The translations under genes and the position numbers were made by a program. The notes beneath the pieces were generated by a model. The model did no database searches, was not told the DNA's origin, and worked only from the letters and a program-made list of their open reading frames with translations. From assembly GCA_002399785.1 (NCBI GenBank), contig DHEH01000002.1, positions 97,265 through 161,264 on the forward strand: a DNA stretch of 64,000 nt. The letters run 5' to 3'. This stretch comes from Bacillales bacterium UBA4855 (GTDB taxonomy: Bacteria; Bacillota_I; Bacilli_A; RFN20; CAG-826). Of this stretch, positions 50,098-59,912 are shown piece after piece (position 1 is the stretch's first letter; every line of letters begins with the position of its first letter).

Positions 50098-50731
50098 CTT
50101 CTTTTACTCCTTTTCTTAAGAGTTCAACATCTTTATAGTTCTTAAGATGTGTAATAGCATCGGTAGTAGCTCTAATAATATTAATTGGAGTTCTACTTCC
50201 ATAGACTTTACTATAAACGTTCTTAACACCAGCTAATTCAAGAATAGCTCTGACTGGACCACCAGCGATGACACCTGTACCTTCTGGGGCTGGTTTAAGG
50301 AAAACCTTAGTAGCTCCAAATGATCCGGTAATGTCGTGGGTAATTGTTCCACCCTTAGTTAATTTGACGGTAATTAAATTACGTCTAGCTTTTTCTACTG
50401 ATTTCTTAATAGCATCTGGGACTTCGCCGCTCTTTCCAGTAGCAAATCCATAAACGCCTTTGCCGTTTCCAATAACAACAAGAGCAGAGAATTTCATTCT
50501 CTTACCACCTTTAACAACTTTGGTGACACGGTTTAAAGAAACAACTCTTTCTTCATACTCTTTTGGAGCATCTTTACGATTATTTCTTTGGAATCTTCTT
50601 CCACCTTTTCTAAAATCTCTTCTATTACCATCTCTAGCATCACCAGAATTAGCTTTTACTTCTTTTGGTTTAGAATCTGTTTTTGTAGTCTCATTAGTGA
50701 CTACTTCTTGATTTGTTTTATTTTCTTCCAT
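50087..50731 (-). CDS. rpsE: 30S ribosomal protein S5 with about 45-aa N-terminal extension
   Basis: [31 protein letters not shown] core. Start set at MEENKTN (AGGAG RBS, no overlap with rplR). Confidence 0.93.
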   Translation of the reverse strand: MEENKTNQEVVTNETTKTDSKPKEVKANSGDARDGNRRDFRKGGRRFQRNNRKDAPKEYEERVVSLNRVTKVVKGGKRMKFSALVVIGNGKGVYGFATGKSGEVPDAIKKSVEKARRNLITVKLTKGGTITHDITGSFGATKVFLKPAPEGTGVIAGGPVRAILELAGVKNVYSKVYGSRTPINIIRATTDAITHLKNYKDVELLRKGVKEDVK

Positions 50732-50744
50732 ATCTTTCTCCTGA

Positions 50745-51101
50745 TTAGAACTCAAGTCCACCCTTACGAGCAGCTTCAGCTAAAGCCTTGACTCTTCCGT
50801 GATAAATATATCCACCACGATCGAATACAACTTTCTTAATGCCTTTAGCTAAACATTTTTTGGCGACATCTTCACCAACTTTGCTTGCTCCGGAAATGTT
50901 GTTTCCATCAGCTAACTTAAGTGATTCAGAACTAGAACAGACAAGTGTAATTCTCTTAACATCATCAATTACTTGAACTTCAATGTTCTTGTTGCTTCTA
51001 AAGACGCAAAGACGAGGACACTCACCTGTACCACTAATCTTAGCTCTGACACGAAGGTGTCTTCTTGTTCTAACAAGATTTTTGCTTTCATTTTTAATCA
51101 T
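50745..51101 (-). CDS. rplR: 50S ribosomal protein L18
   Basis: [15 protein letters not shown]...[26 protein letters not shown]. Confidence 0.96.
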   Translation of the reverse strand: MIKNESKNLVRTRRHLRVRAKISGTGECPRLCVFRSNKNIEVQVIDDVKRITLVCSSSESLKLADGNNISGASKVGEDVAKKCLAKGIKKVVFDRGGYIYHGRVKALAEAARKGGLEF

Positions 51102-51115
51102 ACATTATGCCCTCC

Positions 51116-51697
51116 TTATTTCTTTGCTGGTGCACTACCAGCAGCAGCTCTCTTACCTTCCTTATGAATAAGATGTTCTCCTCTATAGTGAATACCTTTT
51201 CCTAAGTATGGTTCTGGACGTCTAGCATCTCTAATTAAGGCAGCGGTTTGTCCGACAGCAAATTTGTCAGGTCCACTAACGATAATGGTTGATGTGACAT
51301 CTTTGATCTTTTGATCAACAACTTGAATTGTGACTTCTGGAAGAGGAGTGACAACAGTGGTCTTTGTATGACCAACGTGTAAGACAACATCTTTTCCTTT
51401 CATCTCAGCTTTATATCCGATACCAACGATATCAAGAGTTTTTGTAAACTCATGATGGCAGCCTTCGATAGCATTAGCAATTAAGGCTCTTGTGGTACCA
51501 TGAAGTTGTTTTGTGTGTTTTTCATCGTTGCTTCTAGTAACTTTGACGTGACCTTCTTCAACGACAACATTAATTAAAGGAGCAGCAAATTTGATGTGAT
51601 CATCGCCTTTTGGTCCTTTAATATCGACGACATTACCATTGACGACAACAGTAACGCCTTCGATCATAGGGATTAATTTATTACCAATTCTTGACAT
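51116..51697 (-). CDS. rplF: 50S ribosomal protein L6
   Basis: MSRIGNKLIP...; short Ala/Lys C-terminal tail. Confidence 0.95.
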   Translation of the reverse strand: MSRIGNKLIPMIEGVTVVVNGNVVDIKGPKGDDHIKFAAPLINVVVEEGHVKVTRSNDEKHTKQLHGTTRALIANAIEGCHHEFTKTLDIVGIGYKAEMKGKDVVLHVGHTKTTVVTPLPEVTIQVVDQKIKDVTSTIIVSGPDKFAVGQTAALIRDARRPEPYLGKGIHYRGEHLIHKEGKRAAAGSAPAKK

Positions 51698-51713
51698 AAT
51701 TCATTTCCCCCTA

Positions 51714-52112
51714 TTACCAAATGTAGCAGATTACTTCACCACCGATGTTAGCTAATCTACAGCCTTTGTCAGTGAGTAATCCCTTACTTGTAGATATGAT
51801 AGCAATTCCTAATCCTCTTAAAACATAAGGAAGATGTTTGCTGTCAGCGGTAACTCTTAAACCTGGTTTACTTATTCTCTTTAAGCCGCTGATGACTTTT
51901 TCGCCATCTGGACCGTATTTGAGCATAATTTCAAGGCTCTTTTTACCATCTTTATCTTTGATTTCTTTAAAGTTATTGATGAATCCTTCACTTAATAAAA
52001 TTGAAGCGATTCCAACCTTCATTTTGCTAGAAGGCATCGAAACTTTATCGTGATTTAAAGCATTAGCATTTCTAATGCGTGTTAGCATATCAGCTATTGG
52101 ATCTTGATGCAT
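51714..52112 (-). CDS. rpsH: 30S ribosomal protein S8
   Basis: [13 protein letters not shown]...GGEVICYIW. Confidence 0.96.
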   Translation of the reverse strand: MHQDPIADMLTRIRNANALNHDKVSMPSSKMKVGIASILLSEGFINNFKEIKDKDGKKSLEIMLKYGPDGEKVISGLKRISKPGLRVTADSKHLPYVLRGLGIAIISTSKGLLTDKGCRLANIGGEVICYIW

Positions 52113-52131
52113 AGTTTTCTTTTCCTCCTAA

Positions 52132-52317
52132 TTACCATGAAGACTTTTTCATGCCTGGAATTTCACCTTTATAGGCTAATTCACGAAGGCAGATTCTGCA
52201 AAGTCCGAATTTCGAATAAACGCCATGAGGACGTCCACATCTTTTACAACGGGAATATTCTCTAACTTTGAATTTTTGAGGTCTACTTTGTTTGACCTTT
52301 AAACTAGTTTTTGCCAT
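52132..52317 (-). CDS. rpsN: 30S ribosomal protein S14, type Z (zinc-binding, 61 aa)
   Basis: [23 protein letters not shown]; ends KKSSW. Confidence 0.96.
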   Translation of the reverse strand: MAKTSLKVKQSRPQKFKVREYSRCKRCGRPHGVYSKFGLCRICLRELAYKGEIPGMKKSSW

Positions 52318-52333
52318 ATTATTGTCCTCCTAT

Positions 52334-53008
52334 TTATCTTGAGAATGGCATGCCAAGCTCTTTAAGGAGAGCATAAGCTTCTTCATCAGTGTTAGCTGTA
52401 GTAACGATGATGATGTCCATTCCTCTAACTTTTGCGACTTTGTCGTAAACGATTTCTGGAAAAATTAATTGTTCCTTAATACCTAAGGTATAATTTCCTC
52501 TTCCATCAAATGAATTCTTGTTGACACCTCTAAAGTCACGGACTCTAGGAAGTGAGATTGATACTAATTTATCAAAGAATTCATACATTCTCTTGCCTCT
52601 AAGAGTAACTTTGACTCCGATTGGCTCGCCTTCTCTTAATTTGAAGGTTGCGATTGATTTTTTAGCATTTCTAACGATTGGTTTTTGACCAGTGATAGCA
52701 GCAAGTTCCTCGACAACTTCGTCGATTCTCTTTTTGTCTTCAGTTGCATCTCCAACACCAACGTTAACAACAATTTTATTTAATGATGGAACTTGCATAA
52801 TTGATTTATATTCAAATTTCTTCATTAAATTTGCTTTGATTTCTTTATTGAATTTATCTTCAAGTCTATTGATATCTTTAGGAGCTTTATGTCCTTTAGA
52901 AGTCTTTGCTGGAGCTTTTGTTTCGGCTGGTTTAGCTTCTACTTTTTTAGCTTCAGTAGCCTTAGAAGTTGCAGCTTTAGTAGCTGTAGTTTTCTTTGTT
53001 TCTGCCAT
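52334..53008 (-). CDS. rplE: 50S ribosomal protein L5 with about 44-aa N-terminal Ala/Lys/Thr-rich extension
   Basis: Core [28 protein letters not shown]. Start set at MAETKK (ATG 53008, AAGGAG RBS 53011-53020); the track start at 53089 would overlap rplX. Confidence 0.92.
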   Translation of the reverse strand: MAETKKTTATKAATSKATEAKKVEAKPAETKAPAKTSKGHKAPKDINRLEDKFNKEIKANLMKKFEYKSIMQVPSLNKIVVNVGVGDATEDKKRIDEVVEELAAITGQKPIVRNAKKSIATFKLREGEPIGVKVTLRGKRMYEFFDKLVSISLPRVRDFRGVNKNSFDGRGNYTLGIKEQLIFPEIVYDKVAKVRGMDIIIVTTANTDEEAYALLKELGMPFSR

Positions 53009-53018
53009 AATTTTCTCC

Positions 53019-53336
53019 TTATTTTGTAATAGCCTTGCCGGATTTCTTGTTAATTCTAACTTTTTCTCCGGTTTTGCTATCAACGCCATACCCTAATTTA
53101 GTAGCTTTCTTAGTCTTTTCATCATAATAAGCAACTTTGCTAGCATTTAATGGTGCGAATTTTTCGACGATTCCACCTTGAGGGTTAGCTTGGGTTGGTT
53201 TTTGACATTTCTTAACGATGTTAATGCCATCAATAATGACTTTATTTTCTTTTGGTAACACTTTTTGAATAGTGCCGGTTTTTCCTTTTTCCTTACCGGA
53301 AGTAACGATAACCTTATCACCTTTTCTTAATTTCAT
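53019..53336 (-). CDS. rplX: 50S ribosomal protein L24
   Basis: [21 protein letters not shown]; start set at 53336 behind an AGGAGG RBS. Confidence 0.94.
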   Translation of the reverse strand: MKLRKGDKVIVTSGKEKGKTGTIQKVLPKENKVIIDGINIVKKCQKPTQANPQGGIVEKFAPLNASKVAYYDEKTKKATKLGYGVDSKTGEKVRINKKSGKAITK

Positions 53337-53349
53337 TATTTGCTCCTCC

Positions 53350-53724
53350 TTATAAGACTTCTGGAGCAAGGGAGATGATCTTCATATAACCTTCACCCTT
53401 CTCACGTAATTCTCTTGCAACTGGTCCGAAGACACGGGTGCCAACGGGAGTTTTATCTTCATTAATAATAACGCAAGCATTATCATCAAATTTAATAACT
53501 GTTCCATCTCTTCTTTGAATTGGATAAGCAGTTCTTACGATAACAGCTTTAACAATTTGACTCTTCTTGACTTTTCCATCAGGGATAGCATCTTTGACGG
53601 CGCAGAGAACGATGTCTCCAACACCACAAGATTTAACATGGCTACCGCCATAGATTCTAAAGACTCTAACGGAACGAGCACCAGAATTATCAGCGACGAC
53701 TAAATTTGTTTCTGTTTGTATCAT
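53350..53724 (-). CDS. rplN: 50S ribosomal protein L14
   Basis: [17 protein letters not shown]... Confidence 0.97.
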   Translation of the reverse strand: MIQTETNLVVADNSGARSVRVFRIYGGSHVKSCGVGDIVLCAVKDAIPDGKVKKSQIVKAVIVRTAYPIQRRDGTVIKFDDNACVIINEDKTPVGTRVFGPVARELREKGEGYMKIISLAPEVL

Positions 53725-53726
53725 AA

Positions 53727-54068
53727 CTATTTAGCCTCCTTAGTTTCAGTGTTTTCAGCGACTGGAGCTTCTTCATGAAGAGCCTCAGTAACTACTTCTT
53801 CTTCTTTAACATCAATCTTAACGAAAGCTTTCTTATCAACACTAATTAATTTAAATCTCTTAGTGGCACTAATTGGACGGCACTCTTCGATTGTGACAAC
53901 ATCACCGATATTGGCAACATTGGCTTCATCGTGAGCATAGTACTTATGACGAGTTTCAACTCTCTTTTGATATAATGGGTGTTTCTTATAAGGAACAGTC
54001 ATTACGGTAATAGTCTTATCAGTCTTATTACTGGTAACAACACCTTGAATTCTCTTCTTGTGATCCAT
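53727..54068 (-). CDS. rpsQ: 30S ribosomal protein S17 with about 30-aa acidic C-terminal extension
   Basis: [14 protein letters not shown]...YAHDE core; tail [27 protein letters not shown]. Confidence 0.94.
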   Translation of the reverse strand: MDHKKRIQGVVTSNKTDKTITVMTVPYKKHPLYQKRVETRHKYYAHDEANVANIGDVVTIEECRPISATKRFKLISVDKKAFVKIDVKEEEVVTEALHEEAPVAENTETKEAK

Positions 54069-54079
54069 AATTTTTCTCC

Positions 54080-54283
54080 TTATTTACTTTCAACACCAAG
54101 TTCTCTTTCTTTGAGAACTGTGTAGCATCTTGCGATGTCTTTTCTAACTCTCTTGATCTCACTTAAATTTTCAAGTTGACCAACAGCTTTTTTTCTTCTT
54201 AAATCATAAAGTTGTTCTTTAAGAAGGTAAATTTGTTGATTTAATTCTTCTGTAGATTTTGTTCTAACGTCTTTAATTTCCAT
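54080..54283 (-). CDS. rpmC: 50S ribosomal protein L29
   Basis: 67 aa; STEELNQQIYLLKEQLYDLRRKKAVGQLEN. Confidence 0.95.
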   Translation of the reverse strand: MEIKDVRTKSTEELNQQIYLLKEQLYDLRRKKAVGQLENLSEIKRVRKDIARCYTVLKERELGVESK

Positions 54284-54285
54284 AA

Positions 54286-54708
54286 TTACTTACCCTCCTT
54301 TTGGACTCTCTTTATAATTCTGCAGTTGACATTAAGTTTGTAACTGGCTTGATGAAGCGCTTCAAGAGCATCAGCTTCTGGAACTCCACCAATTTCAAAC
54401 ATAACTCTGTTTTTCTTAACAACGGCGACCCAGTATTCTGGATTACCTTTACCGCTACCCATACGGACTTCGGCTGGTTTCTTTGTTTTAGCCATTTGTG
54501 GGAAGATTCTAATATAAACCTTTCCGCCTTTTTTGGTATATCTACTTAAGACAACACGGACAGCTTCGATTTGACGATCGCTAACCCAGTTACCAGATGT
54601 AGCTTGTAAGCCCCATTCACCGAAACTAACTTCGTTTCCGGCTTTACTTAAACCTTCATATCTAATAATGTGAGGTCTTCTATATTTAACTCTTTTTGGT
54701 TGTAACAT
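54286..54708 (-). CDS. rplP: 50S ribosomal protein L16
   Basis: [11 protein letters not shown]...[17 protein letters not shown]. Confidence 0.97.
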   Translation of the reverse strand: MLQPKRVKYRRPHIIRYEGLSKAGNEVSFGEWGLQATSGNWVSDRQIEAVRVVLSRYTKKGGKVYIRIFPQMAKTKKPAEVRMGSGKGNPEYWVAVVKKNRVMFEIGGVPEADALEALHQASYKLNVNCRIIKRVQKEGK

Positions 54709-54710
54709 AG

Positions 54711-55454
54711 TTATTCTCCCTTCTTAGCATTGTTATTGAAGTTGGAACGTGGTCTAAATGTTCTGCCTTCTGGTCTCTTGTTGTCGTTTTCGCTTGGTTC
54801 GTCATAAGTGTTCTTTTCACCTCTACAAATCCAAACTTTGACACCTAATTTTCCATAAGTAGTCATAGCTTCACTAACTGCAAAATCAATATCACTCTTT
54901 AAGGTATTGATAGCCATAATTCCAGCCTTGTAGCCTTCACTTCTAGCAATATCAGCACCAGCAAGTCTGCCGCTAATTGATGTCTTGCATCCTTTAGCAC
55001 CAGCTTTTCTAATTTCGTTTAAGGCTTTCTTTTGAACAATTCTAAATGAAGCACGTGCTTCGAGTTGTTGACAGATCTTTTCACCTTCAATACGAGCATC
55101 TAAGCAAGGATTCTTAACATCGATAACATCAACCTTAAGTTCAACCTTAGCTCCACAAAGTTTTTGTAAGTCTTTTTTAATGCTGTTGATTGTTGCACCT
55201 TCAGCACCAATGACTGCACCTGGACGACCAACGAAGAGCATAATTCTAACGTTAGTTCCTTTATCAGTCTTTTTTCTTTCGATTTCAACGTGGCTTAAGT
55301 AAGCATCACGAGGAACCTTTTTATCGCAATATCTTCTAATGGAGATATCTTGATATAAATAATCTGCGAAGTCTTTATCAGAAGCGAACCAACGAGAGTT
55401 CCAATTCTTATTAAGACCAATTCTCATTCCAACTGGATTTACTTTTTGACCCAT
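54711..55454 (-). CDS. rpsC: 30S ribosomal protein S3 with about 30-aa C-terminal tail
   Basis: MGQKVNPVGMRIGLNKNWNSRWFA; KH domain. Confidence 0.96.
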   Translation of the reverse strand: MGQKVNPVGMRIGLNKNWNSRWFASDKDFADYLYQDISIRRYCDKKVPRDAYLSHVEIERKKTDKGTNVRIMLFVGRPGAVIGAEGATINSIKKDLQKLCGAKVELKVDVIDVKNPCLDARIEGEKICQQLEARASFRIVQKKALNEIRKAGAKGCKTSISGRLAGADIARSEGYKAGIMAINTLKSDIDFAVSEAMTTYGKLGVKVWICRGEKNTYDEPSENDNKRPEGRTFRPRSNFNNNAKKGE

Positions 55455-55472
55455 AACTTGATTTTTCCTCCC

Positions 55473-56021
55473 TTAGTTTCTTTCTTTAACTTCTACAAAT
55501 AAATTTGCAAATCTTTTTACCATTCCAGAAGCGCTACCTTTAGCACGTGGAAGAAATCTTCTCATCTTTACAGAATCGCTAGCCATGATTGAAGAGACAT
55601 ATAATTTATCTTCATTCATGTTGTAATTGTTAACTGCGTTAGCCATTGCTGATCTAATGCATTTACTAATCATCTCGCTGGCTTCTTTATGAGTATTGAA
55701 TAAGATTGCAAGAGCTTCATCACAATCTTTGCCTCTAACAAGATCACAGACTAATCTGCATTTTCTTGGAGTGACTTTGAGTGAGAGAGCACTAGCCTTA
55801 GCAACTGTGATAACTGGCTTTTTAACTTCTTTAGCTTTCTTATCATCAGTTCTAGTAGCAAGTTTTGTATCTTTCTTAGCGGCTGCTTTTGGAGCAGCTT
55901 TTTTAGCCTTTTCTTCTTTAACAGGGGCTACTTTTTTGGTTTCTGTTACTTTTGTTTCTTTTGTTGCTTCTGTCTTAGTAACCTTTTTACTAGTAGAAGC
56001 AGTTTTCTTAGTTTCTGCCAT
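55473..56021 (-). CDS. rplV: 50S ribosomal protein L22 with about 70-aa N-terminal Lys/Ala/Thr-rich extension
   Basis: Core LKVTPRKCRLVCDLVRGKDCDEALAIL. Start set at MAETKK (ATG 56021, GGAGG 8 nt upstream). Confidence 0.92.
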   Translation of the reverse strand: MAETKKTASTSKKVTKTEATKETKVTETKKVAPVKEEKAKKAAPKAAAKKDTKLATRTDDKKAKEVKKPVITVAKASALSLKVTPRKCRLVCDLVRGKDCDEALAILFNTHKEASEMISKCIRSAMANAVNNYNMNEDKLYVSSIMASDSVKMRRFLPRAKGSASGMVKRFANLFVEVKERN

Positions 56022-56035
56022 ATTCCTTACCTCCA

Positions 56036-56326
56036 TTATTTCTTAGCTGCAGCTTTATCATCTGCATTGTTTCCAAAATGACCCTTGAAGGTTCTTGTTG
56101 GAGCAAATTCACCTAACTTATGACCGACCATATCTTCAGTTACATAAACTGTAATAAAGGTATGTCCGTTATAAACAGCAAATGTTTGTTCAACGAACTC
56201 AGGGAAGATTGTACTTCTTCTAGACCAGGTTTTGATGACGGCTTTTTTGTTTGAGGCATTTAAGGCTTCAACTTTTTTCATTAAGCTAGCATCGATGAAT
56301 GGTCCTTTTTTCAAACTACGTGACAT
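56036..56326 (-). CDS. rpsS: 30S ribosomal protein S19
   Basis: [12 protein letters not shown]...[16 protein letters not shown]. Confidence 0.97.
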   Translation of the reverse strand: MSRSLKKGPFIDASLMKKVEALNASNKKAVIKTWSRRSTIFPEFVEQTFAVYNGHTFITVYVTEDMVGHKLGEFAPTRTFKGHFGNNADDKAAAKK

Positions 56327-56347
56327 ATTTTTTCTCCTTTCCTAAGT

Positions 56348-57181
56348 TTATTTAGCATTACATCTTCTAACGATTAATTTAGAAGAGGCTTTCTTTGCTT
56401 TTCTTGTCTTAACACCAAGAGCTCTCTTGCCCCATGGTGTACGAGGTGCATCACGTCCAACTGGACACTTACCTTCACCACCACCGTGTGGGTGATCTGG
56501 TGGGTTCATAGCGCTACCTCTAACGGTTGGTCTGACACCAAGATATCTTCTCTTACCAGCTTTACCTAAGTTGACAAGATTGAAATCTTCATTACCAACG
56601 ATACCAATTGTTGCTCTACAAGTATCAAGAATCTTACGAGTCTCTCCGCTTTGAAGTCTAACAATGACGTATTTTCCTTCTTTACCTAAGACTTGTGCGG
56701 AACAACCAGCTGATCTACAAAGTTGTCCACCTTTCTTAGGGGCAAGTTCAACGTTGTGGATAAATGTACCTTCAGGTATATTCCTTAATAATAAGGCATT
56801 GCCTACGACGATATCGCAAGCTTCTCCACTAACGATGGAATCACCGACCTTAAGTCCTTGAGGTTTGATGATGTATCTTTTTTCGCCATCTGAATAATTA
56901 ATTAAGCAGATGTTGGCGTTTCTGTTTGGATCGTACTCAATTGTAGCGACCTTTCCAACTACTCCATCTTTATCTCTTTTGAAATCGATAATTCTGTACT
57001 TGGTTTTGTTGCCTCCACCGATATGACGGCAAGTAATAACACCTTGGTTATTTCTTCCACCGGATTTCTTTAGTGTGACAACTAAACTTTTTTCAGGAGT
57101 GGATGTAGTAACTTCTTCATATGACATTGTAGTCATTTCACGTCTTGAAGGAGTATATGGTTTATATGATTTTATTGACAT
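56348..57181 (-). CDS. rplB: 50S ribosomal protein L2
   Basis: 277 aa; [19 protein letters not shown]. Confidence 0.97.
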   Translation of the reverse strand: MSIKSYKPYTPSRREMTTMSYEEVTTSTPEKSLVVTLKKSGGRNNQGVITCRHIGGGNKTKYRIIDFKRDKDGVVGKVATIEYDPNRNANICLINYSDGEKRYIIKPQGLKVGDSIVSGEACDIVVGNALLLRNIPEGTFIHNVELAPKKGGQLCRSAGCSAQVLGKEGKYVIVRLQSGETRKILDTCRATIGIVGNEDFNLVNLGKAGKRRYLGVRPTVRGSAMNPPDHPHGGGEGKCPVGRDAPRTPWGKRALGVKTRKAKKASSKLIVRRCNAK

Positions 57182-57208
57182 TTTATTTCTCCTATATATA
57201 AGTTAATT

Positions 57209-57670
57209 TTATTCAGCGAATAAGTTGATTGTTTCACCTTGTCTAATTGTGACAATAGCTTTCTTGAATCCACTTATCGTTCCTTTGAACTTACTGCCTC
57301 TTGTAGTTGATTTCTCAATTTGTTTAACAGTTGAGATACCAGTTACATGGACATTGTAGATGTGCTCAATCGCATTTCTGATTTCAGTTTTGTTAGCACT
57401 CTTCTTTACTTTGAAAGTAAATTGGTTAACAGTTTGTGATTGAGCCATACTCTTTTCAGTGATTAATGGTTCTTTGATAATTTCATAATCGTGAATAGTA
57501 GCTTTTTTTGAGTCGGCCTTAACAGGTGCGACTTCTGCTTTAACTGGAGCAGTTTCTTCAACCTTAGCTTTTGGAGCAGCCTTTTTAGCGGCAACTTTCT
57601 TAGCAGGTTTCTTAACTTCTTCTTTAACTTCGGTTTCAGCAACTTCGACTGTTTTCTTTGCGGTAGCCAT
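57209..57670 (-). CDS. rplW: 50S ribosomal protein L23 with about 57-aa N-terminal Ala/Lys/Glu/Val-rich extension
   Basis: Core YEIIKEPLITEKS...FKVKKSANKTEI; 153 aa versus about 95 typical. Confidence 0.93.
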   Translation of the reverse strand: MATAKKTVEVAETEVKEEVKKPAKKVAAKKAAPKAKVEETAPVKAEVAPVKADSKKATIHDYEIIKEPLITEKSMAQSQTVNQFTFKVKKSANKTEIRNAIEHIYNVHVTGISTVKQIEKSTTRGSKFKGTISGFKKAIVTIRQGETINLFAE

Positions 57671-58290
57671 TATTTAAGATCCTCCTCAATCTTTTTGATG
57701 TCACTTGATAAAATGACAATCTTGTTAGCGTTGAGTAAGTCATAAACGGAAATGTTATTTACTCCTCTAACGATGATGTTGGTTAAGTTAGCACAACCTT
57801 GAAGAATTGCGCTATCTTCACTAACAAGTAAAACTTTTTGATCATTGACTTTAAGAGCGTTCTCAACTTCAATAATTTCTTTTGTCTTACCACCAACAGT
57901 TAATTTATCGAGAACAACGAAGTCTTTAACTTTAGTAGTTAATGCACTCTTGAGAGCGAGATCGTGTTCTTTCTTGTTTTGCTTTAATGTAAAACTTTGT
58001 TTTCCATCAGGTCCGTTGACGCATCCGCCACCAACCCAGATTGGGGAACGAGTAGAACCAGCTCTTGCTCTACCAGTACCTTTTTGTCTAAATGGTTTCT
58101 TACCACCACCAGATACTTCGTGTCTTCTTTTAGTTTTAGCAGTAGCTTGTCTTGAATTGGAAGAATAAGTCATAACGGCGTCAAACATTGTTTGTTCGTT
58201 GACTTCAACTCCAAAGACATCTTTGCTTAACTTAATAGTAGAAACTTCAGCACCAGTTTGGGATAAAACCTTAATATTAATATCTGCCAT
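57670..58290 (-). CDS. rplD: 50S ribosomal protein L4
   Basis: 206 aa; SGGGKKPFRQKGTGRARAGSTRSPIWVGGG. Confidence 0.97.
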   Translation of the reverse strand: MADINIKVLSQTGAEVSTIKLSKDVFGVEVNEQTMFDAVMTYSSNSRQATAKTKRRHEVSGGGKKPFRQKGTGRARAGSTRSPIWVGGGCVNGPDGKQSFTLKQNKKEHDLALKSALTTKVKDFVVLDKLTVGGKTKEIIEVENALKVNDQKVLLVSEDSAILQGCANLTNIIVRGVNNISVYDLLNANKIVILSSDIKKIEEDLK

Positions 58291-58308
58291 AATTTTGTCT
58301 CCTTTCTA

Positions 58309-59211
58309 CTATTCAGCTTTTTTATCATCAGCCTTTGGGGCTTCTTCTGCAGCTTGAGCAGCAGCAGCTTCAGCTTCAGCCTTAGCTTTTGCTTCAGCAG
58401 CTTGTTTTTCAGCATTAGCTTTAACTCTAGCTTCTTCTTCAGCAGCTTTCTTAGCGGCTTCTTCAGCTTCTTTCTTAGCTCTTGCTTCTTCTTTAACTTT
58501 AGCTTCAGCTTCGAGTTTAGCTCTAAGATCAGCTTCAAGTTTTTCTCTATTCATTAATGCACCAACTTTTGTTGGGTAATCTAATGGTTTGATAGCACTT
58601 CTGATTTTAATTAATGATTTCTTTGGTCCTGGAACACCACCTAACAATAAGATGTAATTTTGTTCAAGGTTAACGGAAACGACGATTGAATTAAGAACAG
58701 TAGCACTTTGGTTTCCCATGTGACCTGCCATCTTCTTGCCAGGAATAACACGGTTGTTACATCTACCATTATTAGCAAATGATCCCATTTGTCTGTGGTA
58801 ACCAGATCCGTGACCTTTAGGTCCAATCTTGTGACCCCATCTCTTAATAACACCAGCAAATCCTCTACCTTTGCTAGTTCCAATAACATCAACTTGTTCT
58901 CCAGCATTGAAGAGATCAACTGTGATATTGGCACCAACTTCGAAATTATTCATTTCGTCACCTTGAAGTTCAAATAAATTGGCTTTTGGTGAAACGTTAG
59001 CTTTAGTGAAGATTCCTTTTTCACATTTATTAAGGTTCTTCTCTTTTTTGTCTTCATATCCAACTTGGATTGAAGCATAACCTTCTTTTTCGTTTGTCTT
59101 CTTTTGGGTGACAACGTTTGGTAAGACTTCGACAACGGTAACAGCATACATTGTTCCATCTTCGCCATAAACTTGAGTCATGCCCATTTTACGTCCGATG
59201 ATTTGTTTCAT
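58309..59211 (-). CDS. rplC: 50S ribosomal protein L3 with about 90-aa C-terminal Ala/Glu/Lys coiled-coil-like extension
   Basis: MKQIIGRKMGMTQVY core, about 210 aa, then ...EADLRAKLEAEAKVKEEARAKKEAEEAAKKAAEEE...KADDKKAE. Confidence 0.94.
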   Translation of the reverse strand: MKQIIGRKMGMTQVYGEDGTMYAVTVVEVLPNVVTQKKTNEKEGYASIQVGYEDKKEKNLNKCEKGIFTKANVSPKANLFELQGDEMNNFEVGANITVDLFNAGEQVDVIGTSKGRGFAGVIKRWGHKIGPKGHGSGYHRQMGSFANNGRCNNRVIPGKKMAGHMGNQSATVLNSIVVSVNLEQNYILLLGGVPGPKKSLIKIRSAIKPLDYPTKVGALMNREKLEADLRAKLEAEAKVKEEARAKKEAEEAAKKAAEEEARVKANAEKQAAEAKAKAEAEAAAAQAAEEAPKADDKKAE

Positions 59212-59226
59212 TTGTCCTACCTCCTA

Positions 59227-59538
59227 CTATAACTTGATATCGATATCAACGCCTGAAGGTAAGTCTAACTTCCTAAGTGCATTGATTGTTTCACTGTTTG
59301 GATTAACAATGTCGATAATTCTCTTGTGTGTTCTGATTTCAAATTGCTCACGACTATCTTTGTATTTAAAGACAGCTCTTAAAATAGTAACAACTTGTTT
59401 TTCCGTTGGAAGCGGAACAGGTCCAACAACACTTGCGCCTGTTTTAGTGATCGCTGTAACAATCTTGCCACATGCAGTATCAAGTACTTTGTGGTCATAG
59501 GCTTGTAAACGAACTCTAATCTTCTTTGTTTTTGCCAT
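59227..59538 (-). CDS. rpsJ: 30S ribosomal protein S10
   Basis: [20 protein letters not shown]. Start set at ATG 59538 behind AAAGGAG; the track start at 59604 lies in the leader. Confidence 0.95.
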   Translation of the reverse strand: MAKTKKIRVRLQAYDHKVLDTACGKIVTAITKTGASVVGPVPLPTEKQVVTILRAVFKYKDSREQFEIRTHKRIIDIVNPNSETINALRKLDLPSGVDIDIKL

Positions 59539-59665
59539 GAATTTAATCTCCTTTCGATTTAAATTTCCACTTAACACTTGCTCAATGCGAATTACCTGAC
59601 ACATATCATGACAACGCCTGTGGGTGTATCAGCAACCTCGCACATCATCGCAAACCGTAAGCAAA
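59539..59665 (-). promoter_or_regulatory. about 125-nt, comparatively GC-rich 5' leader of the S10 operon (candidate structured regulatory RNA)
   Basis: Sequence stands out from the AT-rich surroundings. An 8-bp stem CUGAUACA...UGUGUCAG (one G-U pair) encloses about 21 nt. Confidence 0.35.
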
Positions 59666-59669
59666 TGAA

Positions 59670-59699
59670 ATGATACATTATGTATATATAATAAGTCAA
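59670..59699 (-). promoter_or_regulatory. candidate promoter of the S10-spc-alpha supercluster
   Basis: Minus strand TTGACT (59699-59694), 18-nt spacer ending in TG, TATCAT (59675-59670). Confidence 0.45.
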
Positions 59700-59912
59700 A
59701 TTGTTTTTGTAAATTTGACCAAATATTTTTAAAAATTTAAGCATCTATCGTTAAAATAAGCAAAAAATTAACCTAAAATTCGACATTATCACCGAATTTT
59801 CTTTTTTTTATTTTTTTAACTATTTTTTTAGATTTTTTAATCTTCAAAAAATTAACTTCAGCTGTTTCTTAACTGAAAAAGTCTAAAAAAATCGATATTT
59901 TGAGACTTGTTT

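Noticed and set aside
52692-53096. Long spurious ORFs overlapping ribosomal-protein extensions: opposite strand at 52692-53096, 55696-56046, 58354-58557 and 50460-50711; alternative frame on the same (minus) strand at 58227-58538.
   Set aside because: They are mirror or alternative frames of the GCT/GAA/AAG-rich low-complexity extensions of L5, L22, L3 and S5. They have no RBS, extreme composition and full overlap with high-confidence genes.
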